Positions 22,235 to 34,470 of a stretch of 40,630 bases of DNA are shown here, one piece after another. The notes under the pieces are model-generated. The model saw only the letters and a list, made by a program, of their open reading frames with translations, ran no database searches and was not told the DNA's origin. A program made the translations under genes and the position numbers. The stretch comes from Octopus bimaculoides. Taxonomy: Eukaryota. Numbering within the stretch: the stretch's first letter is position 1; the number at the start of each line of letters is the position of its first letter. The DNA lies in contig NC_068982.1 in NCBI RefSeq assembly GCF_001194135.2, positions 162,456,263 through 162,496,892 of the forward strand. Direction: 5' to 3'.

Positions 22235-22465
22235 CTATTTGAAAATCAGAATGCTGAAAATCTTGGATCTAAAAGGAATGTGCAATCTTTCAGCTATGCA
22301 TAAGTTACATTTCTTAGAACCATTTACTTGTGTTGATGTGCTAGAAAGAAGATTGGTGGTTTGCATAGCATCTTTTAAAATTGCCTTTTCAGTTTTGTTA
22401 TCTTGAAACATTGCTGTGACTTCTGCCTCATAGACAACAGAGTTTATCATACACACCAGGCATAC
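22235..22465 (-). mobile_element. Penelope-like element GIY-YIG endonuclease C-terminal fossil, internally deleted
   Basis: ..INSVVYEAEVT.. and NGSKKCNLCIAERLHI resemble the PLE 'CL..NVIY.A.V' and 'Y.N..K.CNLCL.EK..I' motifs. Confidence 0.6.
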
Positions 22466-22599
22466 ATGTTAAACTTTATCATCTATGAATTAGTAGTCAC
22501 AGGTTTATGTGGAGGCAATTTAAAAAAAGAAAAACATTATGCAGACCACCAGTCTTATTTCTTTTCTTTCTTTCCTTTTTCCAGTTTTATTCACTTTTT

Positions 22600-22648
22600 G
22601 TCTTCCCATTAACCCTGTGTTTTTTTTTGTGATTTCTCATGTACCAGC
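22600..22648 (+). other. candidate 3' splice site (branch point, polypyrimidine tract, CAG) at the gap edge
   Basis: CATTAAC (22607-22613), then CCTGTGT(T)10GTGATTTCTCATGTACCAG|C, then Ns. Confidence 0.35.
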
Positions 22649-23842
22649 NNNNNNNNNNNNNNNNNNNNNNNNNNNNNNNNNNNNNNNNNNNNNNNNNNNN
22701 NNNNNNNNNNNNNNNNNNNNNNNNNNNNNNNNNNNNNNNNNNNNNNNNNNNNNNNNNNNNNNNNNNNNNNNNNNNNNNNNNNNNNNNNNNNNNNNNNNNN
22801 NNNNNNNNNNNNNNNNNNNNNNNNNNNNNNNNNNNNNNNNNNNNNNNNNNNNNNNNNNNNNNNNNNNNNNNNNNNNNNNNNNNNNNNNNNNNNNNNNNNN
22901 NNNNNNNNNNNNNNNNNNNNNNNNNNNNNNNNNNNNNNNNNNNNNNNNNNNNNNNNNNNNNNNNNNNNNNNNNNNNNNNNNNNNNNNNNNNNNNNNNNNN
23001 NNNNNNNNNNNNNNAAGTTTCCATCTACCAAATCCACTCACAAGACTTTGGTCAGCCCAGGGCTATAGTAGGAAATATTTGCCCAAGGATCAATAAAATA
23101 AATTATCAGTCAAGTACTGGGTTTGATGTAATATACTAAGTTCCTCCTCTCAATCCCCTTGGCCTTGTACCTATGTTACAAACAATTATTAATGCTATGT
23201 GATTCCAAGACCCCCATTTCAATGATACAGTTACATACTCTTCAATAATAATAATAATAGTATTACTAATTTCTTTTCTTTTTTCCTTTTGGTTTATTTA
23301 ATAACTGAAGTGTTTATAATTACTTGACTGAAGTTGAGTTCTTTTGGAATCATTTGTGCTGTATTTCTGGCAATTACAACATCTGTTAATTCTTTGCCCA
23401 ACTGCAGTTAAGATGTGTAGTAAACATAAATAGTTTTATTTTTAAATGTCAGAATATGCATTGCATCTAAGAGGTGTCAACAATCTCAACCAAATCTACA
23501 TTTGGAGCTTCTACGTAGTGTGTAGTTGCTTGACCTGATACAAGTAGCAGCCATGTCTTCCTTGATTCACTCTTTCATCATCATCATTGTACTGATGCAC
23601 ACTTTTCCTTGCTTGCTTGGATCAGACAGGATTTGTTGAGGCAGATTTTTACAGTATGGTGCCTTTCCTATCACCTTCCCTCACTTATTTTCAAGCAGGA
23701 TAATATTTTCCCCTACTCCAGACATATTTTCATGAGCGATTGCAAACAAACATGCCCTTTGTGTGATGGTGATGTTTTGTTTACAATTTCCACACAGTGT
23801 CGAGATAAGTGACAGAGGTATTCACACATACACACACACTCG

Positions 23843-23918
<76 letters not shown>

Positions 23919-23936
23919 GAACATGCTGTGACCAAT

Positions 23937-24158
23937 GCCAGGACTGATTGACTGTCTCCTGTGCCAGTGGCACATAAAAAGCACCCACTTCACTCTCAGA
24001 GTGGTTGGCATTAGGAAGGGCATCCAGCTGTAGAAACATTGCCAGATCAGATTGGAGCCGAGTGCAGCCACTGCCTCTCCAGACCTCAGTCAAACCGTCC
24101 AACCCATGCCAGCATGGAAAATGAACGTTAAACGATGATGATGATGATGATGATGATT
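23937..24158 (+). mobile_element. family A repeat following a long (TA)n(CA)n tract
   Basis: GAGTGGTTGGCATTAGGAAGGGCATCCAGCTGTAGAAAC...GTTAAACGATGATGATG. Confidence 0.85.
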
Positions 24159-25939
24159 TACCAAATTCACTCACGAGGCTTTGGCTGTCTCAGTTCTGAA
24201 ATACAAGACACCTACCCAAAGTGACACCCAGCAGGATTGAACTTGAAACTATGTGCTTACAAAGTGAATTTCTTAACTACACAGCCTTACCTGTGCCAAA
24301 GAGAAGGAGAGATGGAGTGCATTCCAGGGAGACAAGGCAGATGCAGTTCCAGTTGGCTACTTCGAGTGAGCAGAGATAGTAGTAGTCTTGTACAAGAAGC
24401 ACAGAGAAAACACTGCGTCAGTGTATGTGTGTGTTTGTTTTATGCTTGTTTTTCTTGGCTTGCATATGTTTGACAATTATGTTATTGAGACATTGTTTCA
24501 CAACTAGATGCCCTTCCTCCTGCTAACTCTTGATTTTTTGAGAAGGGGTCTCTCATTCCACATTCCTTTGAAGCCATAATGTAAATTAATTATTTGTTGG
24601 CAAGAAATAACATCATCATCAATAATATGTCACAACTTCCATTGAAGTGAACAAAAAGTAAATAAATGTACAAGCATGCACAAAAGTCTTCTCTTAGCTT
24701 CTGCCTAACAAATTTATTTGTAAGGCCTTTGGACGACCCAGAATGATAGCAGAATATATTCTTCTAAGGTGTCACACAGTGGTCCTGAATCAGAGATCAT
24801 GTGGTTGGAAAGCTAACTTCTTAACTACATAGCCATACCTTTTATGTGTGTGTTGATATTGAAGGCAGTTGATAATCAAGTGTTTCAGCCATGATCAGTC
24901 AGTTTTTATTCAGGCATAGTATATGTAGGACTATATTATCCAATATATTATGCATTTTTACAAGGCAAGACTGATTTGAGGAAAATTTAGGTTGCTATTT
25001 CTAGCAGTAAATGCAACCAAGTAGACAACCACCCCATCCGTAGAATTCCTTAATTGGTTAGAGATTTGTTGATGTACAAGTTTGTGGTATGAAGATTTTG
25101 CTTCAGAAATCATTATTCTGCTTGAGAGATAGAATTTCCTTTCATGGACATAAGTTATAACAGGGGCTAATGGTTGATTCTATTGAGATCCTTTACTATA
25201 TGTTATTGTTTGGTTATTAAGTTTGTGTATTAGTAATGTTAGCTCTTATAACTCATTTATAGACTGAACAACTGCCTTAAGCTTAACAATCTGGCTAGAT
25301 TAAAGATAGCATGTTTTAAATCCTCACTTCTGATTCTGTTGTGTGTGTAAAGTATGTGTGCATATAAATGTATGTATATGTGTATGTATGTATATATATA
25401 TATAGCATGTGTTTGTTTATCTGTGTGTGTATGACTGTATATATAGTAAAGTTGTGTGCATAAAAAATATTTAGATGAGTGTGTAATTTCCTGTGTGTAT
25501 GTAGATGTATACAGTTGTTTACATGTGCTGATGTGGTTCTTTGTCAATGGGAAGAGAAGCATGTGTATGTATACATATATGAGTATTTCATGTGCATTTA
25601 AAATTTTTGTTTATCTATTATGAGTATGCCTGTGCACACAAGTATGTATTTTAAGTTTCCGTTACTTAGTTAAAAGGGAAAAGAAGAAATATTTAGTTGA
25701 TACACACATTCACACACACTCTCTCTCATACCCCTTATTACACACTACATAAAGTCTGTAAATTTCTACTCCCTTGCTTCTAGTTCACACATTGAATTGG
25801 CCCATATGATTATCATCAAGACCTTTACAACTACACCATCACCACCTCCATCACAATTATCATTATCATAAACATCCTCACCTCTAGCATCACCATTAAC
25901 ACTACCATCACTACCACTACCATCATTATCATAATAAAG

Positions 25940-26730
25940 GTTTCTTTGCATGGTTGTTTGACTTATTTGAAATAGTAGTCAAATCTCAATTTACAGCCTA
26001 CCATCTTAAAAAAATACACATTCAATAATGTCCTGCACACCCTTACAATGAAAGGATGGTCACATCTGGAATACCTTTGATCATAGTATGCTCATTTGGG
26101 TTGGCCTGAACCTAAACAACATTATCCTCATCATAAATGAATTTTGCAGTAATTCTGCTGTATCTAGCAGTTCCCCTTCCTTGAGTTATCTCAAAGTCTC
26201 TCTTCCTGTATTCAACACCTATTTCTTCTAGTTTAACCGTAACCATCATAACAAAAAAAGCTTGCTTCCATCATCCATTCTCACAGTGTGTTCCTTATGG
26301 TAATCAGTAATCTAGCTATTTAAAATTTATCAATTAGAGAGCATCTATGTGGTCACTTAACCTTGTAGAAATAGGAGCCAGCTACCCCTCACATCACACT
26401 TATAGAATAAAGGATACTTCAGATATGGAGTCATATGTATTTATCTGGCTGAAAGAATATTAACCATAGGTCTTCTGGATCAGAGCTAATTTAGTGCTTG
26501 ACAATAACTGCATTCCTATGTAGAAGTCACTATATAATCACTGTATTTGCTCAAAGTATCAATCAGATGTGCCTCAAATCACACACTGACGTCTTAAAAA
26601 AAGAAGGATAATACACTTGATAACATTATACTTTAAAACAAAGACAGAATTAATACAGCTTGAACACCTTGGTCATATAGATCTGTCTGCTCAAACAACA
26701 CTGGCATGGAGTTAAACAGTGACAATAACA
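25940..26730 (+). mobile_element. three clustered old copies of another interspersed repeat (family E); more copies at ~28540-29170, 32430-32570 and 34930-35130
   Basis: Recurrent GAAATAGCAGCC..CTCAAATCACAC..TCTTAAAAAA and GGAATACCTTTGATCATAG..CTAAACAAC blocks. Confidence 0.6.
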
Positions 26731-26929
26731 ATATTGAAAATGGTATTATTTAAAGAAACAGTAGGCTGAATAGGATGCTAGAATCGCAGTTGTTGGTACA
26801 ATAATGTGCCAGCTTCAGCATTTGATCCTCAAAAGAGGAGATGTTGGTAAAAAAGCAAAACTTGCTATCATCATTTCAGTGTTTGAACCTATCCTCTCCT
26901 AGAAAAATAGGTAATGATCAAAAGAGAAA

Positions 26930-27290
26930 ACAGGGTTCCTGGAGTAATGTTACTCAACAGGATGCATAACTTGGAGATCAGGGCGTTTCCCCAAGTTGAG
27001 CCACTACTTCTTCACCTTGAGAGAGGTCACAGCTCTGGTACTATGGACATGTGATTAGAATGTTGAAGGAAAGGATAGCAAGATGGATTCTTGAAGCTGA
27101 GCCAACTGGCAGGAGACCTAGGAGCAGACCAAGAATAAGATAGCTGGATAATATTCATAGTCTCAGATCTTCATGCTTGGGAATGCAACTGGAAAGTGTA
27201 ATGATGGTTATTTCTGATAGGACTCTATGGAAGAAGTTCCTGAGGTCTCAGCCCCAACAAGTTTTCCAGGAATAGTGGGCAGAGAAAATG
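26930..27290 (+). mobile_element. RTE-clade LINE C-terminal fragment (second RTE family, Expander-like)
   Basis: EPLLLHLER/SQLWYYGHVIRMLKERIARWILEAEPTGRRPRSRPRIR*LDNI...SDRTLWKKFLRSQP. Confidence 0.8.
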
Positions 27291-28046
27291 GATGATTGGA
27301 TAGATAGTTTTATTCAGAAATGAGGATTTTTGTAGAGAATTTTTTAGAGTAACCATTACTGGATTTAAAGCTAGAACAATGCCAGTCCAAGAGTACAAAC
27401 TCTAATGATTCCTGTGAATTCTACCATCACCTGTTTCTAGAGAAATTACAGGTGATCACTTCAAATAATGGATATATTTAGAAAGATTGTTTCACTTGAA
27501 ACAAATTTTGGTGAAATTATACACACACACACCCAAGGAAATTATTAAGTAAGTTGCTAGTTTAGACTTTCTTTTGTTTGACTGTCTCTTTTGTATGAAG
27601 AGGTGTTAAGTCAGTGATGATAATGAGGATGGTGGTTGTGGTAGTAGTAGTAATGCTGATAGTGATGGAGGTGGTGATGATAGTAACAATGTTGATGATG
27701 TCCTTGTATGACAGGAACTAGCTACCCAAAAAACAATCTATTTTTACACTAACATCATTTACATTTTACTAAACACAAACAGTAATATTATAGACATGTA
27801 AAAATAGTTTTGGTATATCTGTTTTATTTTATGTATGTATCTGTGTATGTGTGTTTATGTAATGCATGTATGATTGCATATCTTTTGTGTCTTCTCTCTA
27901 GGGAGAAGAACCTCTGTTCTTTTAGCCTCTCCTAATAGCTCATCTGTTGCAATAAGGCAATCTTCTTCGTGTAATGACACTAGATTGCCTCAAGTTCTGC
28001 TGTTAGTTTAGCACTTTGTGGTGACCATGATTGGGAGTCATAATGC

Positions 28047-28274
28047 ACACAACTAAAAATGAATCTTTTCTACAGGAACAACATGATTTCCTTTTTCCAT
28101 TGTGAATGATCTCAGAATCCAACTGCCAGTCACCTGCACATTATTATCATTCTATGTGGATATTAGTAAGATAGCAATAATGTGCAGGTGATTGGCAGTT
28201 GGATTCTGAGATCATTCACAATGGAAAAAGGAAATCATGTTGTTCCTGTAGAAAAGATTCATTTTTAGTTGTGT
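28047..28274. repeat. long inverted repeat: 99-bp arms (28047-28145 and 28176-28274), 30-nt spacer
   Basis: The arms are reverse complements except G28129/T28192. Confidence 0.97.
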
Positions 28275-30144
28275 TCAAATTCAAATACCACCAAGATCGA
28301 CTTTGCCTTTCATCTGTCAAGGTTGATGAAATAAGTACTAGTTGAGCACTGGGGTTGATGTAAAGCCAGGTTAGAGATTTAACTAATTAGGCCCATATCT
28401 CTACTCTATTGCTGTTAACTTGAAGCATTTTGTTTATTTATAAAACATTCTCCTGAAATAACTTTTGCTATTATTCCATTCTAGAAGGAAATTCTATTGT
28501 AGGATTCTTACACATCATTCTTCTGTCTCCTATATGCGAATTAACAAAATCTCTTCATAGTCACTTGAACTACTTGAAATATCAACCAAATTTTCCTTAA
28601 ATCACATATTATTTGTCTTAAAAAAGGAAGGTCACAAAATTGGATTACGTGCCCCTAGATGTATAAAATGGATGAGATAATCAAAGCTAGAATACCTTTC
28701 ATCATACATTAGCTTAATAAAGGCTGATCTGGATCTAAAGAATAGTAATAACCCTCACTTCCATTTCCTCTGAACATAATTCTTTCTGCCCAGCAATGTG
28801 AGATGAATTCCATCTTTAATACCTTGTCCTCAAGAGGGAGTCTCTACATGGTCTCTCACCTTGATAGAAATAACTAAATTTCCCTCAAATCACACGCCAC
28901 CAGCAAAAACAGAAGTCGATAATCTAGTCTTGTGAACTCCTTAAAGCCAGTATAGTTGTGGACGGAATGTCTCTTTGATCATAAGCCTATTCAATCTAGA
29001 TGCACTTGGGGCTAAAAACAACAACTAGAGAGGGAAAGTCTGCATAGTTGCTTAACCTACTAACAATAGAAAACAAACCTTCCTCAACATGCCCTACTAA
29101 GATGGGATGGTCTTGGTTAGACTGACTCATTTCACTCAAAGCACTCTTGGTGGATAAACAACAACAAAACATACTATAGTTGTCAGATGGAGTTAGTTTC
29201 CATTATCTAGAGTTTTTTTGTTTTTTTTTCTTACAGTAAAGTCAGTAATATTAATATTTGACTTGAAACTTGACCTATTTTATGAACCTCTAACTATTGT
29301 TAAGTTTGCATTCTTCGATTTTAATTCCAAAGATAATTCACTTCAGATTTATTCCATGTTTTTTTTTTTCCTGTCTTTTATTGTCCCCATACATCATAAA
29401 AAATTTCTTTGCTTAAAACATCAAATCACTCATGCTTATCTTGCATCAAGCAAAAATTGTGGCTGATTATTTACAAATATTCTTAAAACACATCATTATC
29501 ACTTGCATGCACCCAAGCACTCATACACACACACACACATACACACACACACTCATGCACATGTGTGCACGTGCACAGAGAGAGAGAGAAAGAGTCAACA
29601 TCACACACTCTTAAACCCACAAATGTTGATGAGAAATTAATTCGTCAAATACCTCAAGAGACACAAGTAAAGATTGAAACTATAAATCATTATGGGTTGT
29701 CTAGCCGTGTCATAATGTCCTGCAGATGATGTATCTGTTGGGAAGCAGGACAAAAAGTAATGCATTAGAGATACCAGAAGAAACTAATTAAAGTGTTTTT
29801 AAGACATCAGAGAAGTTTGGATGAGAAAAGGTTATTAGCATCAAGCATCAAGAGATATTTACTCTTCATCTGTGACAGGTGACACTATTCAATTACCACC
29901 TGTCAGCTGTGTGTTATAGGTGACTGTGTCACGGCTTTACATTGTCTCTGATTTAGCACAAAGACAGCAATTTTGAAGGGAGGGGATTAATTGATACCAT
30001 CAAACCCAGTTCATGATTGGTACTTTATTTTATCAACCCTGAAAGTATGAAAGGCAAAATTGACCTTGGCAGGATTTGAGCTTGGAATGTAAAAAGTTGG
30101 AACAAATACTGCAATACATTGAGCTGTATGTCCTCTTTTTTAGG

Positions 30145-30283
30145 ACAGGCATGGCTGTGTAGTAAGTTTTCTTGTCAACCTTATGGTCCCAGGTTCAGTC
30201 CCACTGTATAACACTTTGTATAAGTGTCTTCTATTATAGCCCCAGGTTGACCATGCACCAAATCCTTGTGAAAGAAGCCTGCC

Positions 30284-30349
<66 letters not shown>

Positions 30350-30608
30350 GTGTGTATGTGTATTTGTGTCTTCTTGTCTTGACATTGTGTGATAGTTGTA
30401 AAATGACTGTCACTGTTATATAAGTAGTGTCATTCATTTCCAATATTCTGCAAGAACATGTCTGACTATGGGGGGATATATTAGCTTGCTTGGAAACAGG
30501 TGGTGGTTGGTGGCAATAAGGGCTTTCAACCAAAGAAAAATCTATCTCAGTAAACTGTCTGACTGATACAAGCATGGAAAAGTGGGTGTTAAAACGATGA
30601 TGATGATG
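30145..30608 (+). mobile_element. family C-like SINE with internal (TA)n and (GAT)n tail
   Basis: A-box-like TGGCTGTGTAG, B-box-like GGTTCAGTCC, 3' end ...GGGTGTTAAAACGATGATGATGATG. Confidence 0.75.
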
Positions 30609-31228
30609 ACTGTGTGATTAGCAGTTGATATGTCTGTTGTTTCTTGCAGGTCAAATGACTACTTAGAGGCTCCCATGCTATCTTATTAGTTCTTCAATTA
30701 GATGTTAGATTTATAAGATCTCATTTTCTCTTTGATTAGATATTGTTAACTTACCCAGATGTATTAACTTTCAAACAATTTATCTCAGTTCTGTTCTTCA
30801 CAGTATCTCAGTTTCTCTACCAAACGAATGACAGATCTTAAAACCACAATACATAACTTGATATTTTAATAGCAATTTGTCTATGTAATTACAACAGAAT
30901 ACAGAAATCTGATTTTGAAAATTAAATTGTGACATTGTAAAAGCAAAAGTGTAAATGGAATAGAATCTACAGCAGTAGAACTACTGATGTTGTAGTAATG
31001 ATAGTTACAACTTTCTTAATCTTTATTTTTTTCATCTTAATCTTAATCATCATCATCACCGTCACTACTACTTCCTCCTTTGGGTACAGTTGACTGCAGC
31101 AGGGCTTGTAAATTGTTATGTAAAATAACAGTAAGGTTGACACGGAGAGATTTAGGGTGATGGATGGCAAAATTGTTAAAGTGTAAAAGAATAGTGTTTT
31201 GTGGTATTTAGTCACATCCCTTTACGTT

Positions 31229-31461
31229 ACCAAACCCAAATAATAATCCTTTCTGCTATAGGCACAGGGCCTGAAAATTTGGGGGATGGTGCTAGTCGAT
31301 TATACTAACCCCAATACTCAACTGGTACTTATTTTACTGACTCTAAAAAGATGAAAAGCAAAATCAACTTAAACTCGGAATGTAAGGATAGACAAAATGT
31401 CAGTAATCACTTTGCCTGGTATGCTAACAGTTCTGCCAGCTCACCAAACCCAAATAATAAT
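31229..31461 (-). mobile_element. family B SINE (31248-31442) with 19-bp target-site duplication
   Basis: ACCAAACCCAAATAATAAT at both 31229-31247 and 31443-31461. Confidence 0.85.
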
Positions 31462-32574
31462 AGGGACATCTTACATGACCACAAGGATGATGGGTTTTGT
31501 TGATTAAATGATTCCAATACTTGTCTTGGACTTTATTTTATCAACCATGAAACTGCAGGATTTGAGATCAGAATGTAAAGAGATGGAACAAATACTGCAA
31601 GACATTTTGTTTGGTGCTCTACTGATTCTGTCAATCCACCACTGCATAATAATTGATGGTGATAATTATGTTTTAAACCTTTTGATAATAATAATGATAA
31701 TTAACATACTATTACTAATAATGATTTATTTTAATAATAATAACAATAAAAATAAAAGAATTTATTGTGTGAATATAGAGAAAATATTTAACAAACTTAG
31801 GATTTTAGTGAGATTGTTATTGGAGCAGCAAGAAACACAAGTACAATTGAGCAGTATCAGCATTCCGATATTTGATCTCTATTTTATCATCTGTTCCAAG
31901 AATTTCAAAGTTGTTGGCAAGGAAGCACATTTCCAGTGTGGTGTGTGTGTGAGGAAGAGAGAGAGAGAAAAGAAGGGGAAAGGAGGGAGGGAAGGAGTAT
32001 GAAGGATGTTTAGAAGTGTGTACACAGTCAATAAACAGACTGCCAGTAATATTAAGTGGGAAGTACAGTAGTTACTGAGTTACCAGACATCAGTTTTGAC
32101 TGATCCTAAGTACATACTACTTACTCATACTAGGAAGCCAGTATTTCAACTTGTAATTTGATAGAAACGGCAGGTATAAAATAAGAAAATGAAAAGAAAA
32201 GAAAAAAATATCATTAGAAAATATTGTTATATGTATGGTATGGAGTTGAAGTAATAAAATCATTTCTCTTGAAAAGATTGATATTTCAGACAATAAAACG
32301 ATTTATAGTGATTTGACTTATTTACCTCTATTTAGACATTATGTAAGTGCGGTTTGTGTATAGTAACAGTTTGTGCACTGACTTTCGGATAGCACTTTTA
32401 GTTCTATTAGCTTTCATCATCAGATTGGTCAAACCAAGTGGTTAACAAGCCAAAGATGGGGGCCTTGACCTGCTAGAGATGCCAGCTAAATGCTCCTCAA
32501 ATTACAAAATCACACCCTACCATCTTTAAAAAAGGACACATTGTCCAGGTAATGTAAAAAAAAAATGGTACGGT

Positions 32575-32816
32575 TACCTTCTCGAGTCATACTGACTCAT
32601 AAGGCCAGTTTCCCTGTGTCATGGCATATATATTCCCCACCTCAACAAGATGCCGGTCTATCACAGGATTATCCACTTTTCTCAGCTGAGTGGACTGGAG
32701 CAACATGAAATTAAGTGTTTTACTCAAGAACACAATGCATTGCCTGGCCCAGGAATCAAAAACCACAATCTTATGATCATGAGTCCAACACCCTAATCAC
32801 TAAGCCACATGCCTCC
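32575..32816 (-). mobile_element. tRNA-derived SINE (family D)
   Basis: Minus strand GGAGGCATGTGGCTTAGTGATTAGGGTGTTGGACTCATGATC..TTGATTCCTGG..GTGTTCTTGAGTAAAACACTTAA gives a tRNA-like head plus a central domain. Confidence 0.7.
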
Positions 32817-34109
32817 GCCTAAATTGTGTCTTAAACTGGATGATGACAATATGAATGAACTGAGACTAAACCATCACTATCACTACCCTGCCACTGTATC
32901 ATCGGGTTATGTTATAGACCAAACATTTCTATAGCGCTCACTACATTAAATATGCTAACACAATTGTTGAACTTTCATTTTGCATATATCCTCTGAGCAT
33001 TTTGAAAACTAACTGCAAACTAACTTAAATTTGTTAACTAGAGCTGAGACATTTCCTTAATAAACTTCACTAAATCACCATTGCTCTAAATTGAGTGTAT
33101 GTTCTTATTGTCAAATCAAACTTCTCAGCCATGCTGCATACTGCACTTACCTAATGTAGATAAATTATATGTCAAACAAAGACGGGTTGAACAAGATTGT
33201 TATGTTTTTGGTCATAAGTTTTTTTGTTTTGTTAGGGTTGACTGAGAGCTAAATAACATGGTATTTAAGCTCTTGATATACAAAGAGGCAAAGGTTGATA
33301 TTTAAGGTCTAACTACTATATTGACAGTCATTGACCTTGTCAATGATTGTCATATACAAAACAAGAGATGTTTTAATAAGAACATTTCTATATTTTTGCC
33401 AGCTATTTCATTAGGAATCAGCAGTAGGGAGGTCAAAGCAATAGTGAAGTAGTCACAGCCACAACAATTATAAAAGAGATCTTAGCAGCAGAGTAGTTAT
33501 AGTCATAATGACAGGTCACAGCCATAATGAAGGGTTACTACAGTGAAATGACTTTTTCATAAAACAACAGTCTACCAATTCTTGGCAGATAACTCTCACA
33601 ATTTAGACGATTCTCCCTAATATGGTAATTATTTTAACAACTTTCTGACTTTTACAGATAGTATCTTCAAAATTTATAATAAGCATTTTCCTGGGACCTG
33701 CTTGCTATGATTGCTGTAGGATCTTTTTTTCTATGCTTAGTCATTCTTAGAAATCCAAGACACAGTAGAAACATCTTCAGACTTTCCGTTTTCTGTCTAG
33801 TTCTTCTATTTCAGTTCTAGTCAGCCCTAATGGAATCTCACTAGAATTCCTGTTGCCTATTTACTCTACAATGTTTGTCAGTCTTCGACTGTTACATGCC
33901 CGCCTCCTATGTTATATGCATATTACTTAACATTTCCTATTACTTTTGATGTTTATATGGATGCCGTTCAGAAACCTTTGAGCTTTCCAGATGAACTATG
34001 CTGTGTTAAATATGTAACTCTTAAGATCATAGATGTATGTAATACGCATTCTGCCTAACTGTTGAGGTGATTAAATATTTAATTGTAAATATAGAACCTG
34101 TTACTTTAC

Positions 34110-34470
34110 CTTCCTAGACCAACACACAACTAAGTACCAATGCACGCAGCTAGGTCTTCTGTAGGACTATAGCACTCATTAGCTTCACAGACCAATGCAC
34201 AATAGGTCTTCTGTGGCTATAGATCTCATTATCTTCTCAAACCAATTTTAACTAGGTCATTAGTGAATATGGAATTCGTTTTTTTCACCTTCACAGTCTG
34301 ATACACAAAACTAAGGTCTACTATGGCTGTAGAACTTATTAGTTTCACTAACCAATAAACAATTAGGTCTTCTATGGCACCAAAATTCATCACTTCCCCT
34401 TCACAGACCAACTGGGTAATCTAGAACTCTGGAACTCATTATTTTACCTTCCACAGACCAACTATGCTAA
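34110..34470 (+). repeat. degenerate ~50-bp minisatellite, about 7 units
   Basis: Consensus approximately CACAGACCAATGCACAACTAGGTCTTCTGTGGCTATAGAACTCATTA.CTT. Confidence 0.75.

Noticed and set aside
7086-23139. Long ORFs spanning N runs (7086-7685, 15800-16247, 22539-23139)
   Set aside because: They are open only because Ns translate as X.
23820-25950. ORFs rich in HT/YI/VC or D/G repeats (23713-24174, 25257-25562, 25766-25951)
   Set aside because: They are translations of (CA)n, (TA)n and (CAT/CAC)n microsatellites.
30650-30689. Strong acceptor (TGTTGTTTCTTGCAG|G) followed by S-N-D-Y, echoing the PHPT1 end W.N[DE]GY*
   Set aside because: It lacks the Gly, does not stop after Tyr, and would need an extra phase-2 intron for which I have no evidence. 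Worth rechecking against cDNA.
31508-32002. 164-aa ORF, the longest N-free one
   Set aside because: Made of a family B SINE antisense strand, (AAT)n and (GA)n; low-complexity I/N/L composition.
32360-32426. Minus-strand CTGATGA...GAAA with a possible stem III
   Set aside because: Stem II needs two corrections and stem I does not pair.
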